Below are positions 1 through 7,768 of a stretch of DNA of 64,000 nt, piece after piece. Every line of letters begins with the position of its first letter. Positions within the stretch are counted from its first letter, which is position 1. The notes under the pieces are model-generated. The model ran no database searches. It worked only from the letters and a program-made list of their open reading frames with translations, and was not told the origin of the DNA. Made by a program: the position numbers and the translations under genes. The DNA is from Armatimonadota bacterium. GTDB taxonomy: Bacteria > Armatimonadota > UBA5829 > DTLH01. The stretch lies in NCBI GenBank assembly GCA_039679675.1, contig JBDKUN010000033.1, positions 96,001-160,000 of the forward strand, in the 5' to 3' direction.

Positions 1-168
1 GATTCCGTAGCCTTTTCCGGCCACTTTGGCCTTTTCGGCAAGGTCCATGGAGGATTTGAATCCGCCTATGTGGATCTGGTGGCCCATAATCAGTTCCCAA
101 AGATTACCTTCCGGCCCGCTGTACACTGATTGAACGTCACATAACCCTATTCCTTGAATGCCTTTCAT
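1..168 (-). CDS. Probable class I SAM-dependent methyltransferase, N-terminal part (runs off window)
   Basis: Manual translation from ATG at 168: MKGIQGIGLCDVQSVYSGPEGNLWELIMGHQIHIGGFKSSMDLAEKAKVAGKGYGI..., open to window edge. The 'IHxGG..S..LA' segment typically precedes motif I in SAM methyltransferases. AGGGG RBS; directly after selB. Confidence 0.55.
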   Translation of the reverse strand, partial: MKGIQGIGLCDVQSVYSGPEGNLWELIMGHQIHIGGFKSSMDLAEKAKVAGKGYGI

Positions 169-184
169 TGCCCGTCCCCTTTCT

Positions 185-2107
185 TTATCTTAAGAGCCTT
201 CTATCCCCGTCTCTTCTTGTTAAGCAGGTGCTGTCAAAGTATTCCAGAAGCGCAATTGCGTATTTTCGTGAAACCGAGAGAAGATCGCGCAGTTCGGCAG
301 CTGTAATCCCGCCGTTTGCCTTGATGTACTCGATAACGGACTTTTTCGCTTTCTCAAAGGTGTCTCTATGATATGTGACCTTGTCACTTAAACGCAGTAA
401 TTGTCCCTGGTCAATAAGGCTCTTCATAACGTTATCGAAGACCTTTGGTGAAAGCCGCAGTTCCTCCATCACATCATCTTCGAGAGGAGTCGAGTAACCA
501 GCAGCTAAGAAAACCGACTCTATCCTATCTGCCGCCCTCTGTTCGGCATCTGAGAGCTTCGATTGATGGTCCGAGAGTCCAACTTTGTTGTCCCTTTTTA
601 CCAAAATCTTATTCTCAGCAAGTTTCGAGACAATTGCATCGAAAACCTGCCGGTCGGCAAGCTTCAAGAACCTGGATTGCAGGTCTGCAGCAGGCATCAT
701 CGTCTTGTAAGCGTCTTTTGAGTAGTAGTCCTTGATAATCTCGATCAGTTTTGCCGTCAGCTCATCGAACCTGTCTTTTTGAAGATACTTCTCTTGAGCG
801 CCTGAAGCTATCAAGGCGAGCTTTCCAACACTTATAAGCGATTTTATAACTTCGGCTACCTCTGATTCGCTCTCTTCGACGGCAAAAGCAATCTCCGAGG
901 CAGTCTTTGGCGCGAATCTGGACTTGAAGAAGGCATGATCGACAACATCAGAGATGCAACCTTCGAGCTTCTCCAGTCCTTCGATTGCGGTTTTATCGAA
1001 ACGCTTATGATGCGCGGGCTGTGAGTCGAGTATTGTCCCACCTCCGATGGTCTCCTGCGAAGAGAATGACCGTATGACGAACCTGTCTTTAGGGAGCGCA
1101 ACCGTAGGCGACTCCAGCACAAGCTGCGCATAGCCGGTCTCGCCTGGTATAAGTGTTTCTGCGTCCAGAAGCACTGTGCGGCACATCACCTCGTCTGTCC
1201 CGACGTGCAGCCTGACACGGGTGCGGTTCTTCAGCTCGTCATTGTAGCTCTGAGACACGAAAAGCCGGACATCGAGAAGCGTAGTAGGGGAGAGCGAGCC
1301 GGGAGCGCAGGCGACCTGCCCGCGTCTTAATTGATCCTTCTTCACATCCTGAAGGTTGATAGCTGTGCGCCTGCCGAGATAAGACCTTTCCTTGCTCTCA
1401 TTGTGAATCTGTATTCCGCGGACTCTTGCATTTAGTCCATCGGGCATTATCTCCAGCCTGTCGCCGACATTTACCTCGCCTGATAATACCGTCCCCGCAA
1501 TGACCGCGCCGAAGCCCTGCAACGCAAAAACGCGGTCTACAGGCATCCTGAATATTCCGCTGTCCCGGCGTTTTTTGGTCTTCCCGGCAACAGAAATGAG
1601 GGCAGACCGCACTTCATCGACCCCGGCTCCGGTAATTGCCGAAACAGGGATAATCGGTTGGCTTTCGAGGAATGTCCCGGCGACGAGACTTTCAATATCT
1701 GACTTAACGATGCGTATATGCTCATTGTCTACGAGATCGGCCTTAGTGATTGCAATAATCCCGGTCTCTACTCCGAGGATTCGCAGAATATCAAAGTGCT
1801 CGCGCGTCTGGACATTGATTCCCTCGTCAGCGGCTACTACCAAGAGCGCTGCGTCTATATTGCTTGCGCCTGCAACCATCGTCTTGATGAGCTTTTCATG
1901 TCCGGGGACATCAATGAAGACGATTTGCCGGTCGAGCCCTGGCGTCTCCAAAAAGGCGAAGCCGAGCTCGATTGTGATTCCACGCTTTTTCTCTTCTGTA
2001 AGCGTGTCACAATCAAAGCCGGTGAGCGCTTTAACCAAAGCTGTCTTTCCGTGATCGATGTGCCCGGCAGTCCCAATTATTGTTTGTTCAATCTCAATAA
2101 GTGTCAT
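185..2107 (-). CDS. selB: Selenocysteine-specific translation elongation factor SelB
   Basis: GTAGHIDHGKT, RGITIELGF, DVPGHE and TKAD G-domain motifs; C-terminal winged-helix SRKYAIALLEYFD. Likely start is ATG 2107, because the ORF-track extension to 2284 runs through intergenic repeats. Confidence 0.97.
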   Translation of the reverse strand: MTLIEIEQTIIGTAGHIDHGKTALVKALTGFDCDTLTEEKKRGITIELGFAFLETPGLDRQIVFIDVPGHEKLIKTMVAGASNIDAALLVVAADEGINVQTREHFDILRILGVETGIIAITKADLVDNEHIRIVKSDIESLVAGTFLESQPIIPVSAITGAGVDEVRSALISVAGKTKKRRDSGIFRMPVDRVFALQGFGAVIAGTVLSGEVNVGDRLEIMPDGLNARVRGIQIHNESKERSYLGRRTAINLQDVKKDQLRRGQVACAPGSLSPTTLLDVRLFVSQSYNDELKNRTRVRLHVGTDEVMCRTVLLDAETLIPGETGYAQLVLESPTVALPKDRFVIRSFSSQETIGGGTILDSQPAHHKRFDKTAIEGLEKLEGCISDVVDHAFFKSRFAPKTASEIAFAVEESESEVAEVIKSLISVGKLALIASGAQEKYLQKDRFDELTAKLIEIIKDYYSKDAYKTMMPAADLQSRFLKLADRQVFDAIVSKLAENKILVKRDNKVGLSDHQSKLSDAEQRAADRIESVFLAAGYSTPLEDDVMEELRLSPKVFDNVMKSLIDQGQLLRLSDKVTYHRDTFEKAKKSVIEYIKANGGITAAELRDLLSVSRKYAIALLEYFDSTCLTRRDGDRRLLR

Positions 2108-2122
2108 TTTGAAACACGAATT

Positions 2123-2305
2123 CCCTATGCATCGGGACCGCAGTTCGTCCCGATGCACGACATTCACAAATTTAAAAAGTTTCTTCGCTTCGCTAGCCTG
2201 TATTGTTCGAAGAAAATACAGGCAGAATGACATTGTTGCTTCGGACCGCTTGCTGCCGAAGCGTTCGCCGCAGGCGGACTTCACCCTATGCTTCGGGATC
2301 GCAGT
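2123..2305. repeat. Cluster of palindromic REP-like intergenic elements, shared with 17275-17372
   Basis: 2123-2172 and 2236-2305 match parts of 17275-17372 almost exactly; several GC-rich hairpins. Confidence 0.85.
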
Positions 2306-2318
2306 CCATCCTACTACC

Positions 2319-2401
2319 CCGTGGACCTACTGGACCACGGGGGTATTAACCGTGGACCTACTGGACCACGGGGGTATTAACCGTGGTCTCACCGGACCAC
2401 G
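2319..2401. repeat. 31-bp tandem palindromic repeat (2 exact units + 1 degenerate)
   Basis: CCGTGGACCTACTGGACCACGGGGGTATTAA at 2319 and 2350; variant CCGTGGTCTCACCGGACCACG at 2381; no unique spacers. Confidence 0.9.
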
Positions 2402-2454
2402 TGGAGAAGCACAAGTCTCCACAAAACCCACTCCTAAATCCTGAATTCTAACTC

Positions 2455-4044
2455 CTAAATCTTATTCATAACCGATTCGTAAAACATCCTGACAGGTGCG
2501 CCGCCGAAAGAGATCGCCATCCACACTGCCTCGTCAATCTCTTCTTCGCCGATCCCCATGCCCCGCGCCTTATTGATGTGAATTTTGATGCATGGCTCGC
2601 ACTTGGATAAAACCGACAGTGAAATTGCCATAAGTTCTTTTGTTCGGAGTGAAACTGCGCCAGGTGCATTGACTGTGCGCATAAAGTCACCGAATATCTC
2701 TTCTGCTGTTGATTGCGTACTCGTTTTTGTCTCAACTGGCGCGGCACAGCAGTCTGCACTCATTGATGAGCAGCAGGCTCCGTCATTTGGTTCTGGCATA
2801 TCAGCACTCTCCTTACGCGTCGGGGTATATGTCCCACTGCTGGTTCTCAAGAGGATTCTACCTTCTGATTTTGAGATGACTTTCCCTATAACTGTCGCAT
2901 GGCTAACGCCCCGTGACCTGAGCTTTTCGACCAATGCGCCGGATTTTGCCTCAGAAATGGCTATCAAAAGCCCTCCAGAGGTCTGCGGGTCGTACAGGAC
3001 GTGGACTATTTCTTCCGGTACATCGCTCGATACGGAAACACGGCTGGAGGCGTATTCGCTGTTTCTCTCGATACCGCCGGAGATGTATCCCTGTGCAACA
3101 TAGTCTAATATTTCATCAAAAACCGGCACTTGATCGGTGTAAACTTCTGCCGTAACGCCGCTCTGCGATACCATCTCGCCGAGGTGTCCCAGAAGGCCGA
3201 ATCCAGTTACATCCGTAGCCGTCGTGACTCCCATCTCGCTAATAACCTCGGCGGCAGCCTTGTTTAGCTCGGTCATGGACTTCGCTGCAGCGGCCAGTGC
3301 AGCGCCGGATGCTTTTCCCATCTGCCCTGCAAAGCTGATGATGCCGACTCCGAGCGGTTTTGTAAGCACCAATAGATCACCAGGCTGCGCTTTATCGTTT
3401 GTAATGATTCTGGACGGATTGACTATCCCCGTGACGGCGTAACCGAACTTGGGGTCTTTGTCGTTGACGCTGTGCCCGCCTATGATTGCAACCCCGGCTT
3501 CCTGCATTTTGTCCATCCCGCCGCGAAGCATCTGGGCCATTATCTCGTGACTCAATGTTTCGATAGGAAAACCGATTACCGAGAGCGCTGTCATCGGCTT
3601 TCCGCCCATCGCATAGACATCACTGAGTGAGTTCGCGGCGGCTATCTGGCCGAAGGTGTACGGATCGTCTACACTTGGCGTGAAAACATCCACTGTCTGA
3701 ACAAGCGCGGTATCTTCGTCAATTTTGTAGACACCGGCATCGTCGCACGTGTTCGTGCCGACAAGAACGCGAGGGTCCGACACCTGCGGGAGCCCGGAAA
3801 GTACCTTTTTTAAGTCATTCTGGTTGATCTTGGAGGCGCAGCCTGCCTTCTCGACTAGCGTTGTGAGATTAACATGCTCAATCGTCTGTTCCGGGCGCTC
3901 TCCGGCGCACGGACATATATTCTTATTTTTGAAAGTGTCGCAAGGGCAACCCTGCTTGGGGTTACAGATGCAGTGCCCCAGCTTTATGGACCGCTGCATG
4001 ACTCGGCGTCTTTTTTCGATGTCTATTTTCATACCACTACTCAT
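2455..4044 (-). CDS. selD: Selenide, water dikinase SelD (Cys form) with N-terminal Cys-rich extension and C-terminal CMD/AhpD-like domain
   Basis: KAGCASK, DDAGVY, QTVDVFTP, ANSLSDVYAMGG, GGHS, TDVTGFGLLGH and DPQTSGGLL motifs. N-terminal CICNPKQGCPCD..CPC; C-terminal ELMAISLSVLSKCEPCIKIH..EEIDEAV. Start probably 4044 or 4032. Confidence 0.95.
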   Translation of the reverse strand: MSSGMKIDIEKRRRVMQRSIKLGHCICNPKQGCPCDTFKNKNICPCAGERPEQTIEHVNLTTLVEKAGCASKINQNDLKKVLSGLPQVSDPRVLVGTNTCDDAGVYKIDEDTALVQTVDVFTPSVDDPYTFGQIAAANSLSDVYAMGGKPMTALSVIGFPIETLSHEIMAQMLRGGMDKMQEAGVAIIGGHSVNDKDPKFGYAVTGIVNPSRIITNDKAQPGDLLVLTKPLGVGIISFAGQMGKASGAALAAAAKSMTELNKAAAEVISEMGVTTATDVTGFGLLGHLGEMVSQSGVTAEVYTDQVPVFDEILDYVAQGYISGGIERNSEYASSRVSVSSDVPEEIVHVLYDPQTSGGLLIAISEAKSGALVEKLRSRGVSHATVIGKVISKSEGRILLRTSSGTYTPTRKESADMPEPNDGACCSSMSADCCAAPVETKTSTQSTAEEIFGDFMRTVNAPGAVSLRTKELMAISLSVLSKCEPCIKIHINKARGMGIGEEEIDEAVWMAISFGGAPVRMFYESVMNKI

Positions 4045-5428
4045 TCCTAAAGATAGCTCGAATCGCATCTACCACGTTGCTGTCTTCATTCGGCTGAATT
4101 GTCCTGAAGTCGAACAACACCGACTCCTGATGTATACGCGCAAATATCGGAGTGTCGTTATATCTGAGTTTTCTTGCGAGCGAATCGGCAGACATGTTCT
4201 CAGACTTCACACTGAGGAGTTTTGTTGCTATAGTTTCGGCGGGAACAGACCCGCTCCCGACCTGTGATCTGCCATCTATTACGGATACCTCTGCTGATAT
4301 ATCTCCGAGCTTGTCAGCCACAGCCTGCACACGTCTGTCGAGCTCATCCAGCGGGGTAGAAAGCATTCTGTAAGTCGGATGCCTCTCCTCCAGCCTGTCG
4401 GGACCCAAAAATAGCTTGAGAGTAGCCTCCAGTGCCGCGACTTCCATCTTTCCGACTCTGAGAGCCCTTGCGAGCGGATTTTTCTTGATCTTTTTGATGG
4501 TCTCTTCCATCCCGATGATAATCCCGGACTGCGGCCCGCCGATCAGCTTGTCTCCGCTGAAGCATATCGCATCGCATCCCGCCTTCACACTTGCCTGCAC
4601 CATCGGCTCAGACTCAAGCCCGTATTTGGTAAGGTCAACTAGCGCGCCGCTTCCCAGGTCGTCGATAATTGGGATGCCATGTTCCTTCGCAAGTGGGGCC
4701 ATCTCTTCAACAGTAGGCTCTGCAGTGAACCCGACTATCCTGTAGTTACTCTGGTGGACGTGCAGGATGGCTCCAGTGTTCTCATTTATGGCTGCAGCGT
4801 AGTCTCGAAGGTGAGTTTTGTTCGTAGTTCCGACTTCGCGCATGATCGCGCTGCTCGCTGCCATCACATCAGGCATACGAAACGCACCGCCGATCTCTAC
4901 TAACTGACCACGGGAGACGATTACTTCTTTACCGGCTGCAATCGTGTTCAGAATCAGCATTGTGGCGGCAGCATTGTTGTTCACAATGGTCGCCGCTTCA
5001 GCTCCGGTGAGTTCACAGAGCAGTCTGCTTATGTGGATGTCCCGGCTGCCTCTCTGTCCCGTCTCAATATCAGTCGCAAGGGTGCAGTAGCCTTTTATAA
5101 CATCACTTACCGCCGTAGCGGCAGCTTCAGAGAGCATCGCTCGTCCAAGTCCAGTATGAAGTATGATTCCTGCGGCGTTTATGGCGTGCCGTATAGACGG
5201 CCTGAACTCGGCTTTGATGTATTCCAGAACTATCCCGCCGACGTTCTCAGGTGATAGGTCCATCTCCGGCCCATCTTCACTGATGATTCGGCTGCGTAGC
5301 TTGTCCACGACTTTCCGGCATGAGTCGGCGAGAAATTCACGGTCATGATCATCTAGCGCACTCTTCAGCGCTTCCGTATTCATCAATTCATCTATTGCAG
5401 GCAGTTTCCGCAGGATGTCTTTCTTCAT
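4037..5428 (-). CDS. selA: L-seryl-tRNA(Sec) selenium transferase SelA
   Basis: INAAGIILHTGLGRA, VNNNAAA, SRGQLVEIGGAFRMP, EVGTTNKTH, DLGSG and FSGDKLIGGPQ (PLP lysine). Confidence 0.97.
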   Translation of the reverse strand: MKKDILRKLPAIDELMNTEALKSALDDHDREFLADSCRKVVDKLRSRIISEDGPEMDLSPENVGGIVLEYIKAEFRPSIRHAINAAGIILHTGLGRAMLSEAAATAVSDVIKGYCTLATDIETGQRGSRDIHISRLLCELTGAEAATIVNNNAAATMLILNTIAAGKEVIVSRGQLVEIGGAFRMPDVMAASSAIMREVGTTNKTHLRDYAAAINENTGAILHVHQSNYRIVGFTAEPTVEEMAPLAKEHGIPIIDDLGSGALVDLTKYGLESEPMVQASVKAGCDAICFSGDKLIGGPQSGIIIGMEETIKKIKKNPLARALRVGKMEVAALEATLKLFLGPDRLEERHPTYRMLSTPLDELDRRVQAVADKLGDISAEVSVIDGRSQVGSGSVPAETIATKLLSVKSENMSADSLARKLRYNDTPIFARIHQESVLFDFRTIQPNEDSNVVDAIRAIFRNE

Positions 5429-5461
5429 TGAATGTCCCTCAGGTTATCTCAAGTCTCAAAT

Positions 5462-5501
5462 ATAAAAAACGGGGGCTGACGCATCACGTCAACCCCCGTT
5501 T
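5462..5501 (-). terminator. Rho-independent terminator between the candidate selenoprotein operon and selA
   Basis: Minus strand AAACGGGGGTTGACG-TGATG-CGTCAGCCCCCGTTT, with the U-tract continuing (TTTATA). Confidence 0.75.
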
Positions 5502-5539
5502 AATACTGAATTCTGCCCGAAATAGTTGTAATAACTCTA

Positions 5540-6253
5540 CTATCTTGTCCAGATAGTATCTTTTATCGTTACTTTAAATGGGCCGGTTTGAAGCACAGGG
5601 CGAACTGTGACACGTCCTTTTACACTTGATGGTATTCCCCCGGAATACGTGCATGTGCCGCCTCACCCATACTTGAATGACCCACTCCAGACCACCTTGC
5701 CAGTGCTGTTTATTACTTTGAAGCGTGGAGGGTCGGTTTCTCCATCAGATTTTTTGATTACACATTTGTTGTTGCCCTGAGCAGTAACTACGTTGAGGTC
5801 CAGATCTGCTTTGTTGCCGTGCTTGGTGACTTTTATGGACGCGATGAAAGGCGGGCCAAAATTAAGTTTCTGAGCCTTATTCGCCGAGATATCGATCTTG
5901 AGCGTATTACCAGGCGATATAGATGCGGTCCAGCTCACATTGTTCTTATCTTTAGCTATCGCGTCGCAGCCCCAGACATCATGATTACCGACAGGTAAAA
6001 GCAGCACACCATTAGTGGTAGAATATTCGCTGATTTTCCTGCCTGAGTTGCTGAACGTCGTAAGTACAGCATTCCCATGGTAAGGAAGAGTCACTTTTCC
6101 CATCTTACCTTTGTACGTTTTGGGGTCAAAGCGCTCGAATCCAAGAGTGCCGCTCTTGGCGGAATAGCTGGTTATACCGATTGCCACGAGCGCGCATACA
6201 CCGGCCAAAACTGATGCCATGATTTTTCTGGAGTTCTTTTGAATTGTGGTCAT
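5540..6253 (-). CDS. Putative secreted selenoprotein, 237 aa, Sec at TGA 5663-5665 (FKYG-U-GGTC)
   Basis: Signal-peptide-like N-terminus and AGGAGGTG RBS. The frame continues past TGA for 40 codons (GGTCTYSGGIPSSVKGRVTVRPVLQTGPFKVTIKDTIWTR) to TAG-TAG, then a terminator. SECIS-like hairpin downstream of the UGA. Confidence 0.8.
5632..5648 (-). promoter_or_regulatory. Candidate bacterial SECIS element
   Basis: GUAUUCC-GGG-GGAAUAC perfect 7-bp stem; G-rich loop starts 21 nt 3' of the UGA. Confidence 0.7.
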
Positions 6254-6327
6254 TCTTCTTTTCTCACCTCCTTTCGCAGTAGCATTAATGAATCTCAGGT
6301 ATTAACCGAAACGCCATAGGCGGGATT

Positions 6328-7113
6328 CTACTTGGAGCCAAGTTTCAAATGGCCGATTGGTGTGCAGTCCAGGCACCTGATGCATTCGGCACTGTTAATA
6401 TCGTCAACCGGGTCAATATCGACCGGGCATTTCTTTGCGCATGCGCCGCAGTGAGTGCACTTGTTCATCGCAAGACGCATCCTGAAAATGGATATTCTAT
6501 TGAAAAGCGAGAATATAGCGCCGAGCGGGCAGAACATCCTGCAGAAGCCGCGAGTGACGAGTATCGTAAATATGAAGAACGCAGCCAGAATAGAGACCCT
6601 CACATAAAACATAAGGTTCATAGGAGATGTCTCGTGCAAAAACAGCCGGCGAGGAAGAGCTGATTCCAATGTCCCAGACGGGCAGAAATTACAGAATGAG
6701 TATGGTGCGCCGGGAAAGAAAAACGGCACGATAAATACCAGCCCGACAAGAACAAGATACTTTGTGTATCTGAGCGGCCGCGGGATCGAGAACTTTTTAA
6801 CAGGGATTTTTGATAATAAATCCTGCAGCAGCCCGAACGGACATATCCATCCGCAGACCAGCCTGCCGAGGAAAGCGCCGACCAGTCCGAGTATCCCTAA
6901 AGTGACGAATGGAATGATCCTGAACGTTGAAAAGTTCACGAGCACGCCGATAGGGCAGGCGAACATAGAGAGCGGACACGAATGACAGTAAAGCGCCGGA
7001 CAGCATATGGTCTTCAGATCAAAATAGGGAAGACCCAGGATCACTAGCGCGATAAACTGGCTCAGATAGCGCAATCTCGTTAATCGTTTAGTTTTTTTGA
7101 TTATGGACCCCAT
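6328..7113 (-). CDS. 4Fe-4S binding membrane protein (NapH/MauN-like polyferredoxin)
   Basis: Several TM segments; CHSCP, CGWICPFG, CNFCPSG, CRMFCPLG, CTHCGACAKKCP and CIRCLDC motifs. ATG 7113 with AGAGGA RBS. Confidence 0.9.
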   Translation of the reverse strand: MGSIIKKTKRLTRLRYLSQFIALVILGLPYFDLKTICCPALYCHSCPLSMFACPIGVLVNFSTFRIIPFVTLGILGLVGAFLGRLVCGWICPFGLLQDLLSKIPVKKFSIPRPLRYTKYLVLVGLVFIVPFFFPGAPYSFCNFCPSGTLESALPRRLFLHETSPMNLMFYVRVSILAAFFIFTILVTRGFCRMFCPLGAIFSLFNRISIFRMRLAMNKCTHCGACAKKCPVDIDPVDDINSAECIRCLDCTPIGHLKLGSK

Positions 7114-7119
7114 AATCAA
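7097..7119 (-). promoter_or_regulatory. Candidate bacterial SECIS element overlapping the start codon of the 4Fe-4S gene
   Basis: UUGAUUAUGG-GGU-CCAUAAUCAA perfect 10-bp stem; GG-starting loop 25 nt 3' of the UGA at 7135-7137. Confidence 0.7.
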
Positions 7120-7128
7120 TCCTCTCTA

Positions 7129-7419
7129 TTACAGTCAAGTAGGGCACGCTTTGCCGCCGGATTTGGACTTTCCGGACTTTTTGTTATCTTTGGATATACT
7201 CGGATTTTCAGCAGGAACTTCCAGCTTTCCGTCTTTGCCGCGGATAACGCTATGGGTCAGGCTGAGTTCCGTTATGGTGAACTCGCTTTTTGAGGATTTT
7301 CCTGCATTGTATTTGACGAAAAAGGTGGAATACAGGATGATCCCCGCGAAGATAACCAACAGGGCAATAAGGAGCAAGGGGCGCGTGCTTCGATTTGTAG
7401 TGATATTCTCTTCGGACAT
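7129..7419 (-). CDS. Small membrane-anchored putative selenoprotein with C-terminal CxxU (GKAC-P-T-U-L), 96 aa
   Basis: One N-terminal TM helix. Ends TGC CCT ACT TGA CTG TAA TAG; SECIS-like hairpin follows. Confidence 0.78.
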
Positions 7420-7692
7420 GCTTCTATCCCCTTTAGCATCTACTGAGTTTCAGGTGTCACCCGAAACTCTCCCGAAAGATTTCGGTAATAGTTGGTATAT
7501 GGTTGGTCTCTAATTGAACAGCCGAAAATTACAGTAGCGACATTACAACAACCGCATCTACATAAAAAGTCTATTCCCCAAACCGGCTGTTGTCAATACC
7601 GTATTTAAGACTATCACATCCTATATGAGTCACAGTAGAGATTAACACTAATATATATGTGATGAATATTGTGCGGAGTGTCACAAAAAATA

Positions 7693-7721
7693 TTGACAGG
7701 TGTAGTTGACTCACATATACT
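7693..7721 (+). promoter_or_regulatory. Sigma70-type promoter
   Basis: TTGACA (7693-7698), 17-nt spacer, TATACT (7716-7721), upstream of the 7769 ORF. Confidence 0.65.
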
Positions 7722-7768
7722 GAAACTACTTGCAATAGATGAGCTGGTAGTCTGGGAGGATCGTATCC

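Noticed and set aside
2108..2284. N-terminal extension of SelB in the ORF track
   Set aside because: It runs through intergenic palindromic repeats; SelB similarity starts at ATG 2107.
2319..2401. Possible CRISPR array
   Set aside because: Units are contiguous with no unique spacers, and there are no cas genes in the window.
3825..3850. Sec in the SelD active site
   Set aside because: The codon is TGC (AGCASK); there is no in-frame TGA.
1..7700. tRNA-Sec (selC) near the sel operon
   Set aside because: No cloverleaf with a TCA anticodon and long variable arm was found; it is presumably elsewhere.
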